From the sequence record SRR2962707_3821: a stretch of 35,762 bases of DNA. One strand, written 5' to 3'. The notes under the pieces were generated by a model that ran no database searches, was not told where the DNA came from, and saw only the letters and a program-made list of their open reading frames with translations. Both the position numbers and the translations under genes were made by a program. This document shows, in pieces, positions 1-9,708 of this stretch (its first letter is position 1; the number at the start of each line of letters is the position of its first letter).

Positions 1-57
1 GCGATAGGCTTTGCCAATCGGGGTACGGGCTGTGGATACGATTACTGCGTCACGCAT
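1..57 (-). CDS. Acetyl-CoA C-acyltransferase (thiolase), 5' fragment; continues beyond the left edge
   Basis: Not in the ORF track. Reverse complement of 1-57 reads MRDAVIVSTARTPIGKAYR, a typical thiolase N-terminus. ATG at 57-55 with RBS AAGGGAG upstream; co-oriented with the adjacent SDR/ACAD operon. Confidence 0.85.
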   Translation of the reverse strand, partial: MRDAVIVSTARTPIGKAYR

Positions 58-83
58 GGTGATCTCCCTTTAAATTTAGTCTC

Positions 84-1013
84 TTAGCTCCAATCCAGAT
101 CAAGACCTTGGGCCTTGGCTGCATTGAGTGCGTATTTCTTGGTTTGGCTAAAGGCATCGGTCAGCTCTTGCTGGCCTGCCGCGTCGGTAATTTGGTCAAA
201 GGCCGCTGCAACACCTTCGGGGGTGTTGTCATCGCCGGTCAGCGTCACCCCTTCGGTCTCGTAGACGCGCGTTTGGGCAAAGCTGCCAGCCCCCGCGCCA
301 AGGATGACCCGGCTGGGGCCGTCTTCGCTGACCAGATACAGCAGGCCCGGAGTGATGGTTTCGGGGGCCAGCAGTTCTTGGGCCTGTTCGGGCAGCAGGT
401 CGGCGGTCATGCGGGTCGCGGCCGTGGGGGCCAGCGTGTTGACGCGGATATTGTCGCGCCCCCCTTCCAGATGCAGCACGTTCATCAGCCCCATCATCGC
501 CGCCTTGGCCGCACCATAGTTGGACTGGCCAAAGTTGCCATAAAGACCCGATGCCGACGATGTCAGCACGATACGTCCGTATTTCTGTTGGCGCATGATC
601 GGCCAGCACGCGTGGGTCACATTGGCAGAACCAATCAGATGCACGTCAATGACCTTGCGGAAATCAGACATCTCCATCTTGGAGAACGTCTTGTCGCGCA
701 AGATACCAGCGTTGTTGACCACGATATCAATGCGGCCCCATGCCTCCATGACCTTGGCGACCATATCCGCCACGCCAACCTCGTCCGACACATCGCAACC
801 ATGTGCCATTGCCTCGCCACCCGCATCGCGGATTTCCTGTGCCACGGCTTCGGCGGCGGTGGATGATGCCCCCTGCCCGTCTGTTGTCACGCCAAGGTCG
901 TTAACCATGACACGCGCGCCACGTGCAGCCAGCCCCAAGGCGTGACTACGGCCAAGGCCGGTACCAGCGCCTGTGACAATCGCCACGCGGTTATCAAATC
1001 GGATGTCCATCAT
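84..1013 (-). CDS. SDR family oxidoreductase resembling the hydroxyacyl-CoA dehydrogenase domain of MFE-2
   Basis: TGAGTGLG Rossmann motif, VNDLG, NNAGILRD, catalytic YGAAK, GLYGNFGQSNY typical of MFE-2-like SDRs. Confidence 0.9.
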   Translation of the reverse strand: MMDIRFDNRVAIVTGAGTGLGRSHALGLAARGARVMVNDLGVTTDGQGASSTAAEAVAQEIRDAGGEAMAHGCDVSDEVGVADMVAKVMEAWGRIDIVVNNAGILRDKTFSKMEMSDFRKVIDVHLIGSANVTHACWPIMRQQKYGRIVLTSSASGLYGNFGQSNYGAAKAAMMGLMNVLHLEGGRDNIRVNTLAPTAATRMTADLLPEQAQELLAPETITPGLLYLVSEDGPSRVILGAGAGSFAQTRVYETEGVTLTGDDNTPEGVAAAFDQITDAAGQQELTDAFSQTKKYALNAAKAQGLDLDWS

Positions 1014-1019
1014 AGCCCC

Positions 1020-1841
1020 TTAATGCAGTGCTTGTTCAAAGATGTTAGGGCCGCTCATCACGTTGATGCCGCCGCTCACCGGAATAACGGCACCCGTGAT
1101 ATAGGCCCCGCCGATACCGCATAGAAACAGCATACAGCCCGCGATGTCAGTATCCGTACCCACGCGACGTAGCGGCACATCTTCGCCGACCTTGCTGCGC
1201 ATACCTTCGTCATGGGTGGCAAAGGCGGTCATGCGCGACACGAACGGCCCCGGTGCCAAAGCGTTCACGGTGATCGCATCGCCCGCCAGTTCTTTGGCCA
1301 GAATTTTGCTCAGGTGGATCACGGCGGCCTTGGATGCGGAATAGCTGTAGGCACCGTCGCCCATCTCGCGTTCACCCATGACCGAGCCGACATTCACAAC
1401 CCGTGCCGGGTCTTCGATGGTCGCGTGTTTCTTGAGCATTGGAAGCAGCTTTTGTGTCAGGTCGAACAGACCGGCCACATTGACGTTCATCACCTTTTCC
1501 CACGCCTTGAAGGGGAAATCGCCCAAGGGCGCGCCCCAAGTGATCCCGGCGTTGTTCATCAAGATATCAAGGCGATCAGTGCGCGCTTTCACGGCCTCTA
1601 CCATCGCATCCACACCTTCTTCGGTGCCGACATCACCAGCAAACCCGATGGCTTTGCCACTGGCACCCATCGCGTTCAGCTCTTTTGCAACAGCCTCGCA
1701 AGCGTCGCCTTTGCGGCTGGCGATCAGGACAGTCGCGCCTGCGCGGACCAGCGCTTCGGCAGCCATGCGGCCAATGCCTGTGGCACCGCCGGTGACTAGG
1801 GCGGTTTTACCCTCAAGCCCGAAAAGTGTATTGATATCCAT
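1020..1841 (-). CDS. SDR family oxidoreductase (RhlG/gluconate dehydrogenase-like)
   Basis: TGGATGIG, NNAGITWGAP, YSASK, NALAPG motifs. Confidence 0.9.
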   Translation of the reverse strand: MDINTLFGLEGKTALVTGGATGIGRMAAEALVRAGATVLIASRKGDACEAVAKELNAMGASGKAIGFAGDVGTEEGVDAMVEAVKARTDRLDILMNNAGITWGAPLGDFPFKAWEKVMNVNVAGLFDLTQKLLPMLKKHATIEDPARVVNVGSVMGEREMGDGAYSYSASKAAVIHLSKILAKELAGDAITVNALAPGPFVSRMTAFATHDEGMRSKVGEDVPLRRVGTDTDIAGCMLFLCGIGGAYITGAVIPVSGGINVMSGPNIFEQALH

Positions 1842-1844
1842 GGT

Positions 1845-2960
1845 TTAAAATCCTCTGTGCTTGGCGACTTGGTTCGCGTGATAACCATAATCACCCAGCC
1901 ATTCAGCGCCCACACGGGCGCGTTTCATATAAAATCCGATGTCATAAGCGTCGGTCATGCCGATACCCCCATGCATCTGAACACCCTCTTGCACCGCCAG
2001 TTGCGCCGTCGAAGTGGCACGTGCCTTGGCGAGTGAGACTGCTATGGTGGCGTTGTCAGGGTCTTCGTCCAGCATGCGGCCCGCGTTCATGATTGCTGAT
2101 GCTGTCACTTCGATCTCGCACCACAGATGGGCGGCGCGGTGCTGCAAGGCTTGGAAGTTGCCAATGACAGTACCGAATTGCTTGCGCTCTTTCAGGTAAG
2201 CCACAGTCATCCCGAACGCACCAGCAGACAGGCCAGCCATTTCGGCGGCCAGTGCTGCCTGACCTGCTTCTAGCGCGGGCTTCAACACGCTCATCGCGCT
2301 ATCGACCTGCCCCAGAACATCTTCGCCCGTGGCTTCGACGTTATCAAAATCGATCCGCGCGGAATCCCGTGCGTCAATCATGTTTTGCGCAGTGCGGGCG
2401 ATGCCTGCACGGTCAGCCGGAATATCAAACAGCGTCAGACCGTCATCGGTTTTCGCCAGCAACAGCAAACGATCTGCCAGCGCACCATCCACAACGAATG
2501 TTTTCTTACCACTCAGCCGGAAACCGTTGCCTTCGCGGGTTGCAACCATCGATGTTGCTTCGGGGTTGAACTTTGACGTTTCATCAACGGCGAGCGCATA
2601 GGTCACATCGCCCGTGGCAATCGCCGCCAAAGCCTTTTCCGCCCGCGCATCGCTGACATTGCGAAGCGCAGTCGCCGCGATCACAGCAGTCGACAGAAAC
2701 GGGCTGACGACCAGGGTCTTGCCCATTTCATGTGCCAGCACACCCGCAGCGGCATGGCCCATATCCGAACCGCCAGCAGATTCAGGCACCAACACACCCG
2801 CCCAGCCCATATCGGCCATTTCTTTCCACATCTTCGCATCGTGGGTTTTACCGGCATCCCGCAGATCGCGGAACGCTTTGACGGGGGCGGACTTATCCAG
2901 AAAACCCCGCGCGGCATCGGCCAGCATGGTTTCGTCTTCGGTCATTACCAGATTTGCCAT
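1845..2960 (-). CDS. Acyl-CoA dehydrogenase family protein (PimD-like, shorter subunit)
   Basis: GKKTFV, ERKQFG..IGNFQALQHRAA, QMHGGIGMT motifs; 3-bp gap to the upstream ACAD. Confidence 0.9.
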   Translation of the reverse strand: MANLVMTEDETMLADAARGFLDKSAPVKAFRDLRDAGKTHDAKMWKEMADMGWAGVLVPESAGGSDMGHAAAGVLAHEMGKTLVVSPFLSTAVIAATALRNVSDARAEKALAAIATGDVTYALAVDETSKFNPEATSMVATREGNGFRLSGKKTFVVDGALADRLLLLAKTDDGLTLFDIPADRAGIARTAQNMIDARDSARIDFDNVEATGEDVLGQVDSAMSVLKPALEAGQAALAAEMAGLSAGAFGMTVAYLKERKQFGTVIGNFQALQHRAAHLWCEIEVTASAIMNAGRMLDEDPDNATIAVSLAKARATSTAQLAVQEGVQMHGGIGMTDAYDIGFYMKRARVGAEWLGDYGYHANQVAKHRGF

Positions 2961-2963
2961 GAT

Positions 2964-4139
2964 TTATGCCCCCAGCCCAAGAACGCGGCGCGATACGATG
3001 CTTAGCATCACCTCGGATGTGCCGCCTTCGATAGAATTCGCTTTGGTACGCAGCCAATCCGCAGGCCGGTTGCCCAAAGGCCCGTCCCATTCCAGCGCAT
3101 CACTGCCGCCCGCAGCCATCAGCAATTCATGGCGCTGTTTGTTCAGTTCGGTGCCCATGTATTTCAACATCGCGGACGCATCACCTGCGCCAGTTCCCGC
3201 TTCGGCCTGATCCTTGTAGCGTTCCAAAGTCAGACCAATCGCCAGCGCGTCCACTTCGCAACGCATCGCGTCAGCGCGCAGGGTGGTTTCCATTTCCTGA
3301 CCTTCGCCAAGGGATTCGTTCAAAACGGCCCCCAAAGCACGCCCGCCAGACAGGCCCTGACCCCCGCCCGAGATCATCTCGCGTTCGTGGGTCAGCAGGT
3401 ATTTAGCAACGTCCCAGCCGCGGTTTTCCGTGCCGACGATCTGGTGTTTTGGAACCTTCACATCGGTAAAGAAGGTTTCGCAAAATACCGACGCGCCCGA
3501 GATCAGTTTGATCGGGCGGGTTTCAACGCCTGCGTCTTCCATGTTGATCAGCAGGAACGAAATGCCCTTGTGCTTTGGCGCTTCGCGGTCGGTGCGGATC
3601 AGCGCGAAAATCCAGTCGGCTTTGTCAGCATATGACGTCCAGATTTTCTGGCCGTTGACCAACCAATGATCGCCCTTGTCTTCGCCCTTGGTCTGAACAC
3701 TGGCCAGATCGGACCCGGCACCCGGTTCGGAATAGCCTTGGCACCAGCGGATTTCACCGCGCGCAATCGGGGGCAAATAGTGCAGTTTTTGTTCGTGCGA
3801 CCCAAAGTGCAACAAGGCTGGGCCAAGCATCCAGATGCCAAAGCTGTCCAGCGGACTGCGGGCACCGATACGGTCCATTTCCTCTTTGAAAATCTTTTCT
3901 TGCGAACGGTTTAGCCCGGCACCGCCGTATTCGACCGGCCACGTGGGCACGGTGTACCCCTTAGATGCAGCGCGTTCCATCCAGTCGCGTTGCGCGTCTG
4001 TTTCGAACTTAAAATTCTTGCCACCCCAACAGATGGATGCTTCACTGGCCTCGCCACCACGCATTTCGGCTGGGCAATTTGCCTCCAGCCAATCGCGCAG
4101 TTCAACTCGGAAACCCTCCAGTTCCTGATTGGACTGCAT
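2964..4139 (-). CDS. Acyl-CoA dehydrogenase family protein (PimC-like)
   Basis: WCQGYSEPGAGSDLA, NGQKIWTS, SIEGGTSE motifs. Start moved from 4397 to ATG 4139 (MQSNQELEGF), which has a purine-rich RBS and avoids overlap with the divergent gene. Confidence 0.9.
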   Translation of the reverse strand: MQSNQELEGFRVELRDWLEANCPAEMRGGEASEASICWGGKNFKFETDAQRDWMERAASKGYTVPTWPVEYGGAGLNRSQEKIFKEEMDRIGARSPLDSFGIWMLGPALLHFGSHEQKLHYLPPIARGEIRWCQGYSEPGAGSDLASVQTKGEDKGDHWLVNGQKIWTSYADKADWIFALIRTDREAPKHKGISFLLINMEDAGVETRPIKLISGASVFCETFFTDVKVPKHQIVGTENRGWDVAKYLLTHEREMISGGGQGLSGGRALGAVLNESLGEGQEMETTLRADAMRCEVDALAIGLTLERYKDQAEAGTGAGDASAMLKYMGTELNKQRHELLMAAGGSDALEWDGPLGNRPADWLRTKANSIEGGTSEVMLSIVSRRVLGLGA

Positions 4140-4180
4140 CGTATTCTCCCCCCTCGATTTTGCGGATAACAATTCCGCAC

Positions 4181-4237
4181 TGCAAAATTGCATTTCGAAA
4201 TTCGATTGACAAGACAGTTTCTGAACGCGCCTATTGC
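4181..4237. promoter_or_regulatory. Divergent promoter region with short palindromes and a TTGACA -35 element
   Basis: TGCAA-AA-TTGCA at 4181-4192, perfect palindrome ATTTCGAAAT at 4192-4201, TTGACA at 4206-4211. No -10 at canonical spacing is evident. Confidence 0.4.
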
Positions 4238-4266
4238 TTTGCAAATTCTTGAGGAGGAATGTCGAA

Positions 4267-5265
4267 ATGAAAGCCATGCTAAGCACCGCACCCGGTGGCC
4301 CGGAAACCCTGGAGCTGACAGAGCTGCCGCAGCCCGAACCCAAAAAAGGCGAGGTCCGCATTCGGGTCCGTGCTGCTGGTCTGAATTTCCCTGACACGTT
4401 GATTATTCAGGATCTTTACCAGATGAAACCACCCCGCCCCTTTGCCCCCGGTGGCGAGGTTGCAGGCGATATCGACGCGGTTGGTGAAGGCGTCACAAAC
4501 GTTGCTGTCGGTGACCGTGTTCTGGCGATGACGGGCTTTGGCGGCTTTGCCACTGACATGTGTATTGATGCCGGTCGGGTCATGAAAATACCCGATGCGA
4601 TGCCATATGACGAAGCGTCATGTTTGGTGCTGACCTATGGCACGTCGCATCACGCGTTGAAAAACCGCGCTGAAATCAAGGCGGGCGAATCCTTGCTGAT
4701 CCTTGGGGCTGCGGGCGGCGTGGGTGCTGCCGCCATCGAACTGGGCAAGGCTGCCGGTGCCAAGGTGATCGCCGCGGTTTCCTCCGAGGAAAAGGCGCAG
4801 TTCTGTCGTGATTTGGGTGCAGACGAAACAATCGTCTACAGCCGCGATATGGATGACCGCGCCTCACAAAAAGAGTTCTCGAACCAGATCAAACAGCTTG
4901 CAGGCGGCGACGGTGTTGATGTCGTCTATGACGCCGTGGGCGGTGCATATGCTGAACCTGCCGTGCGCGCGCTAGCGTGGAAAGGCCGCTATCTGGTTGT
5001 CGGTTTCCCCGCTGGTATCCCGAAGATTCCGCTGAACCTGACGCTGCTAAAAGGGTGCCAGATCGTTGGCGTCTTTTGGGGCGCACACACGGTCCGCGAA
5101 CCGCAGGCCCATGCCGAAAACATGGCCGATCTGTTCCGCATGTACGCAAACGGCCAGATCAAACCGCGTATCTCTGCCCGTTTCCCGTTGGAAAAGGCAG
5201 CCGATGCGTTGACCCTGATGCAGGACCGCAAGGTTCTGGGCAAAGTCGTTCTTGACGTTGATTGA
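4267..5265 (+). CDS. NADPH:quinone oxidoreductase family protein (MDR, zeta-crystallin-like)
   Basis: GLNFPD, PGGEVAG, GAAGGVG motifs; ATG 4267 preceded by GAGGAGG. Confidence 0.9.
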   Translation: MKAMLSTAPGGPETLELTELPQPEPKKGEVRIRVRAAGLNFPDTLIIQDLYQMKPPRPFAPGGEVAGDIDAVGEGVTNVAVGDRVLAMTGFGGFATDMCIDAGRVMKIPDAMPYDEASCLVLTYGTSHHALKNRAEIKAGESLLILGAAGGVGAAAIELGKAAGAKVIAAVSSEEKAQFCRDLGADETIVYSRDMDDRASQKEFSNQIKQLAGGDGVDVVYDAVGGAYAEPAVRALAWKGRYLVVGFPAGIPKIPLNLTLLKGCQIVGVFWGAHTVREPQAHAENMADLFRMYANGQIKPRISARFPLEKAADALTLMQDRKVLGKVVLDVD

Positions 5266-5283
5266 GCCTGAAAGGAAAGCAAC

Positions 5284-6288
5284 ATGACAAACCGACAAAT
5301 CGTTATCGCCGAACTGCCGACCGATGCCCTGACGCCCGCACATTTCAAGGAGACCACAACCGATATGCCCACAGCGGGCGACGGTCAGGTGGTGCTCAAG
5401 GTCATTTTGATGTCCATCGACGCGGCAAACCGGTCTTGGATGAAGGGCGCGACATACCGCGCTGCTGTGAATGCCGGCGACGCAATGCCGACATATGCAA
5501 TCTGCGAAGTCACCGAAAGCAAATCAGACCGTCTGGCCGTTGGTGATATCGTCGCCGCCGAAGCAACTTGGTCAAATTACATCGTCGCCGAGGCACGCAA
5601 ATGCGAAAAGCTGCCCAAAGTACCGGAACTGTCCAACCTGATGTCTGTCTATGGCATTGCGGGCAAGACCGCATTTCACGGGCTGATTTCCGTTGGCCAA
5701 CCCATTGCAGGCGAAACCGTGCTGGTATCGGCGGCGGCGGGGTCGGTCGGCGGCTACGTTGGGCAAATCGCCAAGGCGCTTGGCTGCCGCGTTGTCGGCA
5801 TCGCCGGTGGCACCGAAAAATGCAAATGGGTCAAAGAAGAGCTCGGCTTTGACGAGTGTCTTGATTACCGCGCACCGGGCTTGGGCAAAGCATTGCGCGC
5901 CGCCTGCCCTGATGGGGTCGATGTGTATTTCGACAATGTCGGCGGTGCCGTGTTGGAAACCGCTCTATTCAGCATGAACGAAAAGGGCCGCATCGTCTGC
6001 TGCGGCGCGATCAGCCAGTATGATACCGAAACACCAACCGGCCCGCGCAACCTGCCCGGTCTTGTTGTTGTTAAACGGCTGCGCATGGAAGGGTTCATTG
6101 TGATGGACTGGGCCCATGACGATGCAAAAGCCCTGCGTGCGTTACAAACTTGGGTCGCGAATGGTCAGATCAAAGTGACCGAAGACATTGTCGAAGGTCT
6201 TGAGAACGCGCCGCAAGCGTTGATTGGCCTTTTGGCAGGCGACAACAAAGGCAAGCGTATGGTGCGCGTTGCCGCTGATCCAGCATAG
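5284..6288 (+). CDS. NADP-dependent oxidoreductase (prostaglandin reductase/CurA-like alkenal reductase, MDR)
   Basis: VSAAAGSVG, GVDVYFDNVGG, CGAISQY, RMEGFIV, GDNKGK motifs. Confidence 0.9.
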   Translation: MTNRQIVIAELPTDALTPAHFKETTTDMPTAGDGQVVLKVILMSIDAANRSWMKGATYRAAVNAGDAMPTYAICEVTESKSDRLAVGDIVAAEATWSNYIVAEARKCEKLPKVPELSNLMSVYGIAGKTAFHGLISVGQPIAGETVLVSAAAGSVGGYVGQIAKALGCRVVGIAGGTEKCKWVKEELGFDECLDYRAPGLGKALRAACPDGVDVYFDNVGGAVLETALFSMNEKGRIVCCGAISQYDTETPTGPRNLPGLVVVKRLRMEGFIVMDWAHDDAKALRALQTWVANGQIKVTEDIVEGLENAPQALIGLLAGDNKGKRMVRVAADPA

Positions 6289-6300
6289 GAGGAAGCCATA

Positions 6301-6771
6301 ATGTCTTCATTGAAAAAGGCGGTTGAGCACAGCGAAACCTTGATCGGGACCGAAGTCGGGGTCTCCGACTGGATCACCGTTGACCAAGAAATGATCGATC
6401 AATTCGCGAAAACAACTCATGATATGCAATGGATCCACATCGATCCTGTGCGCGCCGCCGCAGAAACCCCGTTCGGGGGCACGATTGCCCATGGTTTCCT
6501 GACATTGTCGCTGGCCAGCCGCTTTGCCTATGATTGCTTTAGCATGATGCCGGGTCAGGTGATGGGCATTAACTATGGCATGAACAAACTGCGCTTTTTA
6601 CGGCCTGTTCCTGCCGGATCGCGTCTGCGTGGGCGGTTCACCTTGCAAAAAGTCACAGCCCGCAACGCAACAGACATGCTGCGGGAAAACCTGCTAACGA
6701 TCGAGATTGAAGGCGAGGAAACCCCTGCCCTGATCTGCGAATGGCTGGGGCTTGCCGTCTTTAAAGACTAA
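6301..6771 (+). CDS. MaoC family dehydratase (hotdog fold, NodN-like)
   Basis: DMQWIHIDP..A..TPFGGTIAHGFLTLSL and NYGMNKLRF; RBS AGGAGG. Confidence 0.9.
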   Translation: MSSLKKAVEHSETLIGTEVGVSDWITVDQEMIDQFAKTTHDMQWIHIDPVRAAAETPFGGTIAHGFLTLSLASRFAYDCFSMMPGQVMGINYGMNKLRFLRPVPAGSRLRGRFTLQKVTARNATDMLRENLLTIEIEGEETPALICEWLGLAVFKD

Positions 6772-6789
6772 ACCGTTCTGCATTTGACA

Positions 6790-6819
6790 CAAAGGCCGCC
6801 TTGTATTGGGCGGCCTTTG
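6790..6819. terminator. Probable bidirectional intrinsic terminator
   Basis: 11-bp perfect inverted repeat CAAAGGCCGCC / GGCGGCCTTTG with an 8-nt loop, between the convergent MaoC and MFS genes. Confidence 0.75.
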
Positions 6820-6847
6820 GTATTTCCGGCACGCCAAAGGTGCCTGC

Positions 6848-8116
6848 CTATTTGTCGGGGGCTGTCACGGGGCTGGATTGCGCAGCCAACGGACCGCATT
6901 GCGCCGGCGATTGATCAGGCAGCGGTTTGGCAACAGCCGGACCCAGTCTGTGATACCATGCAAACGCAATACACGCGACAATACCCATGATCGGGATCAA
7001 GGTGCCCATCGCAACAACTGCATCTCCCATCAACGCACCCAGCGACCCCATCAACAGTCCTGATCCCATCTGAATAAAGCCCAACATCGATGCAGCGGCA
7101 CCAGCGGCACGCCCAAATGGCGCAAGGGCGGCTGTCGACATGGCCGGCATCACAAATGCAATCCCGAAGGAATAAACCGCCACGGGGATCATCACATGCA
7201 AGAAGCTGGGCGACCACATCAGCAGCGTCAATGTCCCCATGCTGCCCAATGCGATAAACACCAGGCCAGGGGCAACCAAAGCATTGGCACCATATCTTTT
7301 CATAAGAGTGCGACAGATCAGGGAGGCCGCGAAAAAGCTGCCTGATTGCGCCAGCATCGAGGCCCCGAATTGCGCAGGTGACAGGCCGACCTCATTCATC
7401 AGGATGAACGGCAAAAACGTCGCCTGTGCGTAAACAGCACCCAATGCACCCCCCATAACCAACGACGCTGAAATAAAGTGCTTGTTGGTCAAGAGCATCT
7501 TGTAAGTGCGCCCAAGCGCTGGAAAATTTAGCCGCGATCGGTCGGCGACAACCGTTTCCTTCAACGCGAAAATGACGACCGCGATAATACCGGCACCAAA
7601 CACCGTCATTAACAAAAAGATCGACCGCCAGCCAAACAACGGCAGCATCAGCCCACCGATTGTTGGGGCCAGCGCAGGCCCAAGCGCCAGAATAATACCA
7701 ATCAGATTCATGATCCGCGACGACTGGTCATCGGTGAACAGATCGCGCACCAACGCCCGTGAAATCGCCACACCAACCGACGCGCCGATCCCTTGGACAA
7801 AGCGCGCGCCCATCAGAACCTCGACCGACGGGGATAACATCGCTGCCAGACTTGCAACGCAATACAAAGCCATGAATGCAATCGTCACCGGACGCCGACC
7901 CAATGCATCAGACAACGGCCCCGCAACCAATTGCGCGCAGGCAAAACCGCCGAAATACAACGTCAGGGTCAGCTTGATGACCGATTCAGTTGACCCAAAA
8001 TGGCGCACCAGCTCGGTCATGGCGGGGGTGTATAAGGCCATGGAAACCGGCCCGATGGCCACCAACATTGCGCCAATGATACTGACCCTGCGTTCGGTCA
8101 TTAAGGGGGCGGTCAT
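6848..8116 (-). CDS. Bcr/CflA (DHA1) family MFS multidrug efflux transporter
   Basis: About 12 hydrophobic segments; motif A GPLSDALGRRP; SMALYTPAM; GPALAPTIGG; ATGA overlap with the upstream MarR gene. Confidence 0.9.
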   Translation of the reverse strand: MTAPLMTERRVSIIGAMLVAIGPVSMALYTPAMTELVRHFGSTESVIKLTLTLYFGGFACAQLVAGPLSDALGRRPVTIAFMALYCVASLAAMLSPSVEVLMGARFVQGIGASVGVAISRALVRDLFTDDQSSRIMNLIGIILALGPALAPTIGGLMLPLFGWRSIFLLMTVFGAGIIAVVIFALKETVVADRSRLNFPALGRTYKMLLTNKHFISASLVMGGALGAVYAQATFLPFILMNEVGLSPAQFGASMLAQSGSFFAASLICRTLMKRYGANALVAPGLVFIALGSMGTLTLLMWSPSFLHVMIPVAVYSFGIAFVMPAMSTAALAPFGRAAGAAASMLGFIQMGSGLLMGSLGALMGDAVVAMGTLIPIMGIVACIAFAWYHRLGPAVAKPLPDQSPAQCGPLAAQSSPVTAPDK

Positions 8117-8586
8117 AGTGTGTCTTCCGCTTTCGAAACAGCAACCCGCGGGCCATCGATATTGGCGCGCAGCTTGCGCGCGGTCTCAAGGAATGTTTTC
8201 CAATCCTCGGGACAGAGTCCGTTTGAGATCAGATTTTCCGTCCGCTCACCCGCTTGGGCGATCTGCGCCAACGTATCCGCCGCTTTCGGTGTGAGGGTTA
8301 CGATCTTGGCCCGGCGATCTTTTGGATCAGCTTCCCGCGCGACCAGACCGTCTGTCTCAAGCCGGTCAAGAAAGCCGGTCAGGCTCATGGGGGTCATGCC
8401 AAGGCTTTCGGCCAATAGATGTTGGCGGGTAGGACCACACCGGGCCATATGCGCCAAAACGCGGGCCTCGGCCGCTGTAACCGTTAGTTGACCCGCTTCG
8501 ATTTCACGGGCAAACACGCCACGGGTGATCCGCGCAATATCATTAAACAAAAATCCAAAACTATCGGTATCAATCGTTGTACGCAT
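8113..8586 (-). CDS. MarR family transcriptional regulator
   Basis: LDRLETDGLVAREADPKDRRAKIVTLT winged-helix signature. ATG 8586 chosen; TTG 8589 is an alternative. Confidence 0.9.
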   Translation of the reverse strand: MRTTIDTDSFGFLFNDIARITRGVFAREIEAGQLTVTAAEARVLAHMARCGPTRQHLLAESLGMTPMSLTGFLDRLETDGLVAREADPKDRRAKIVTLTPKAADTLAQIAQAGERTENLISNGLCPEDWKTFLETARKLRANIDGPRVAVSKAEDTL

Positions 8587-8607
8587 CAAGGGTCCATTAT
8601 TCTCTTT

Positions 8608-8622
8608 GTAAGCCTGCCTTAC
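8608..8622. promoter_or_regulatory. Candidate MarR autoregulatory operator
   Basis: GTAAG-N5-CTTAC inverted repeat 22-36 bp upstream of the MarR start. Confidence 0.4.
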
Positions 8623-8721
8623 TATATAGCAAGACCTAGCATTTATCCGTCCCCTGTCAAATTTTTATCGTTGAATAACTGGCATCAAATGCGCTGCATC
8701 CCTACCCTGCGCGGTATTTAG

Positions 8722-9708
8722 TCAGCGCAAATCTGAAACCTCAAACCGGGAGCGGCTCACAAAGGTATCCCTGGCTTTCAGAAAGCTGGACGGAAAGCTG
8801 GGTTGATTGGGTGTATCCGGCCAGAATTGCGGCTCAATCGCAAGCCCCGCGCAAGGGCCATACGGCGTGCCAAGATGCCCGTTAACCGGCGCGGTATCGA
8901 TATGAAGCCCATTATAAACTTGAACGCCCGGTTGATTGGTCTGAACCTCTAACACAATACCCGACGCTTCCAACCGGCAAACCGTCTGCATCGGAGCGTT
9001 AGAGGCATCAAGGCAGAAATTATGATCCAAAACGGCACCGACATGACGTGGTTGCCGATAATCGAATCCCGTGCCCGCCACCGGTTCGGGCGAACCGACG
9101 GGGATTTGTTCGCCATCCACGGGTAAATACGTATCAGCCAAAACGGTAAGCATATGACCCGAAAGGTCGGTCTGGCCGGACAGGTTCCAGTATCCATGGA
9201 ACGCGGGGCTGAAATACATGTCCGCATCCGACCGCCCTGTAATCTCGATCTCCAACGCGCCCGAGGCGGTCAGACGGTAAACTGCGGTCGCAACGATATT
9301 TCCGGGAAATCCACCCAGCCCATCAGGGTGTTCAAGGGTTAATTCGCACGCGTCCTCAGACACTTGGGTAAAGGTCCAGTTCCGGTCACTAAAGCCGGCG
9401 CATCCGCTGTGTAGCGTCGTACAACCGTTTTCGTTCTTGTCTAGATCGAACAATTCGCCATTAATCTGCATCCGGCCCTTGGCGATCCGATTTGCAACCG
9501 GCCCAACTATGGCCCCGAAATAGCGCATCTGACCCAGATACGAATCGAGGGTTTCGCCACCCAGAACCAGACTGTGCTTAATACCCGCCACCCTATAATC
9601 CTGAAGTGTGGCACCCCAAGATAGAACCCGCGCAACGGCCCCACCAGCGCGCAATTCACACGCGTGGACCAGTGTACCATCGGGAAAAACATCAAACTTT
9701 TCTACCAT
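8722..9708 (-). CDS. galM: Aldose 1-epimerase (galactose mutarotase)
   Basis: VGPVANRI, LHSG, HGYWNL, LDHNF, IEPQFWPD motifs. Confidence 0.85.
   Translation of the reverse strand: MVEKFDVFPDGTLVHACELRAGGAVARVLSWGATLQDYRVAGIKHSLVLGGETLDSYLGQMRYFGAIVGPVANRIAKGRMQINGELFDLDKNENGCTTLHSGCAGFSDRNWTFTQVSEDACELTLEHPDGLGGFPGNIVATAVYRLTASGALEIEITGRSDADMYFSPAFHGYWNLSGQTDLSGHMLTVLADTYLPVDGEQIPVGSPEPVAGTGFDYRQPRHVGAVLDHNFCLDASNAPMQTVCRLEASGIVLEVQTNQPGVQVYNGLHIDTAPVNGHLGTPYGPCAGLAIEPQFWPDTPNQPSFPSSFLKARDTFVSRSRFEVSDLR

Noticed and set aside
108-866. 252-aa plus-strand ORF (and similar ORFs at 7506-8294 and 20637-21362)
   Set aside because: Antisense shadows of well-supported SDR/MFS genes.
4140-4397. 86-aa N-terminal extension of the PimC-like ACAD
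   Set aside because: Overlaps the divergent oxidoreductase gene; ATG 4139 has a good RBS and gives a normal ACAD length.
4267-6288. MDR genes as DMSP-pathway acrylyl-CoA reductase AcuI
   Set aside because: Motifs fit QOR and PGR/CurA subfamilies rather than YhdH/AcuI, and no dmd/ddd genes are present.
6301-6771. MaoC hydratase as supplier of 3-hydroxyacyl-CoA to the siderophore acyltransferase
   Set aside because: About 26 kb away within a separate catabolic operon; no sequence evidence of linkage.
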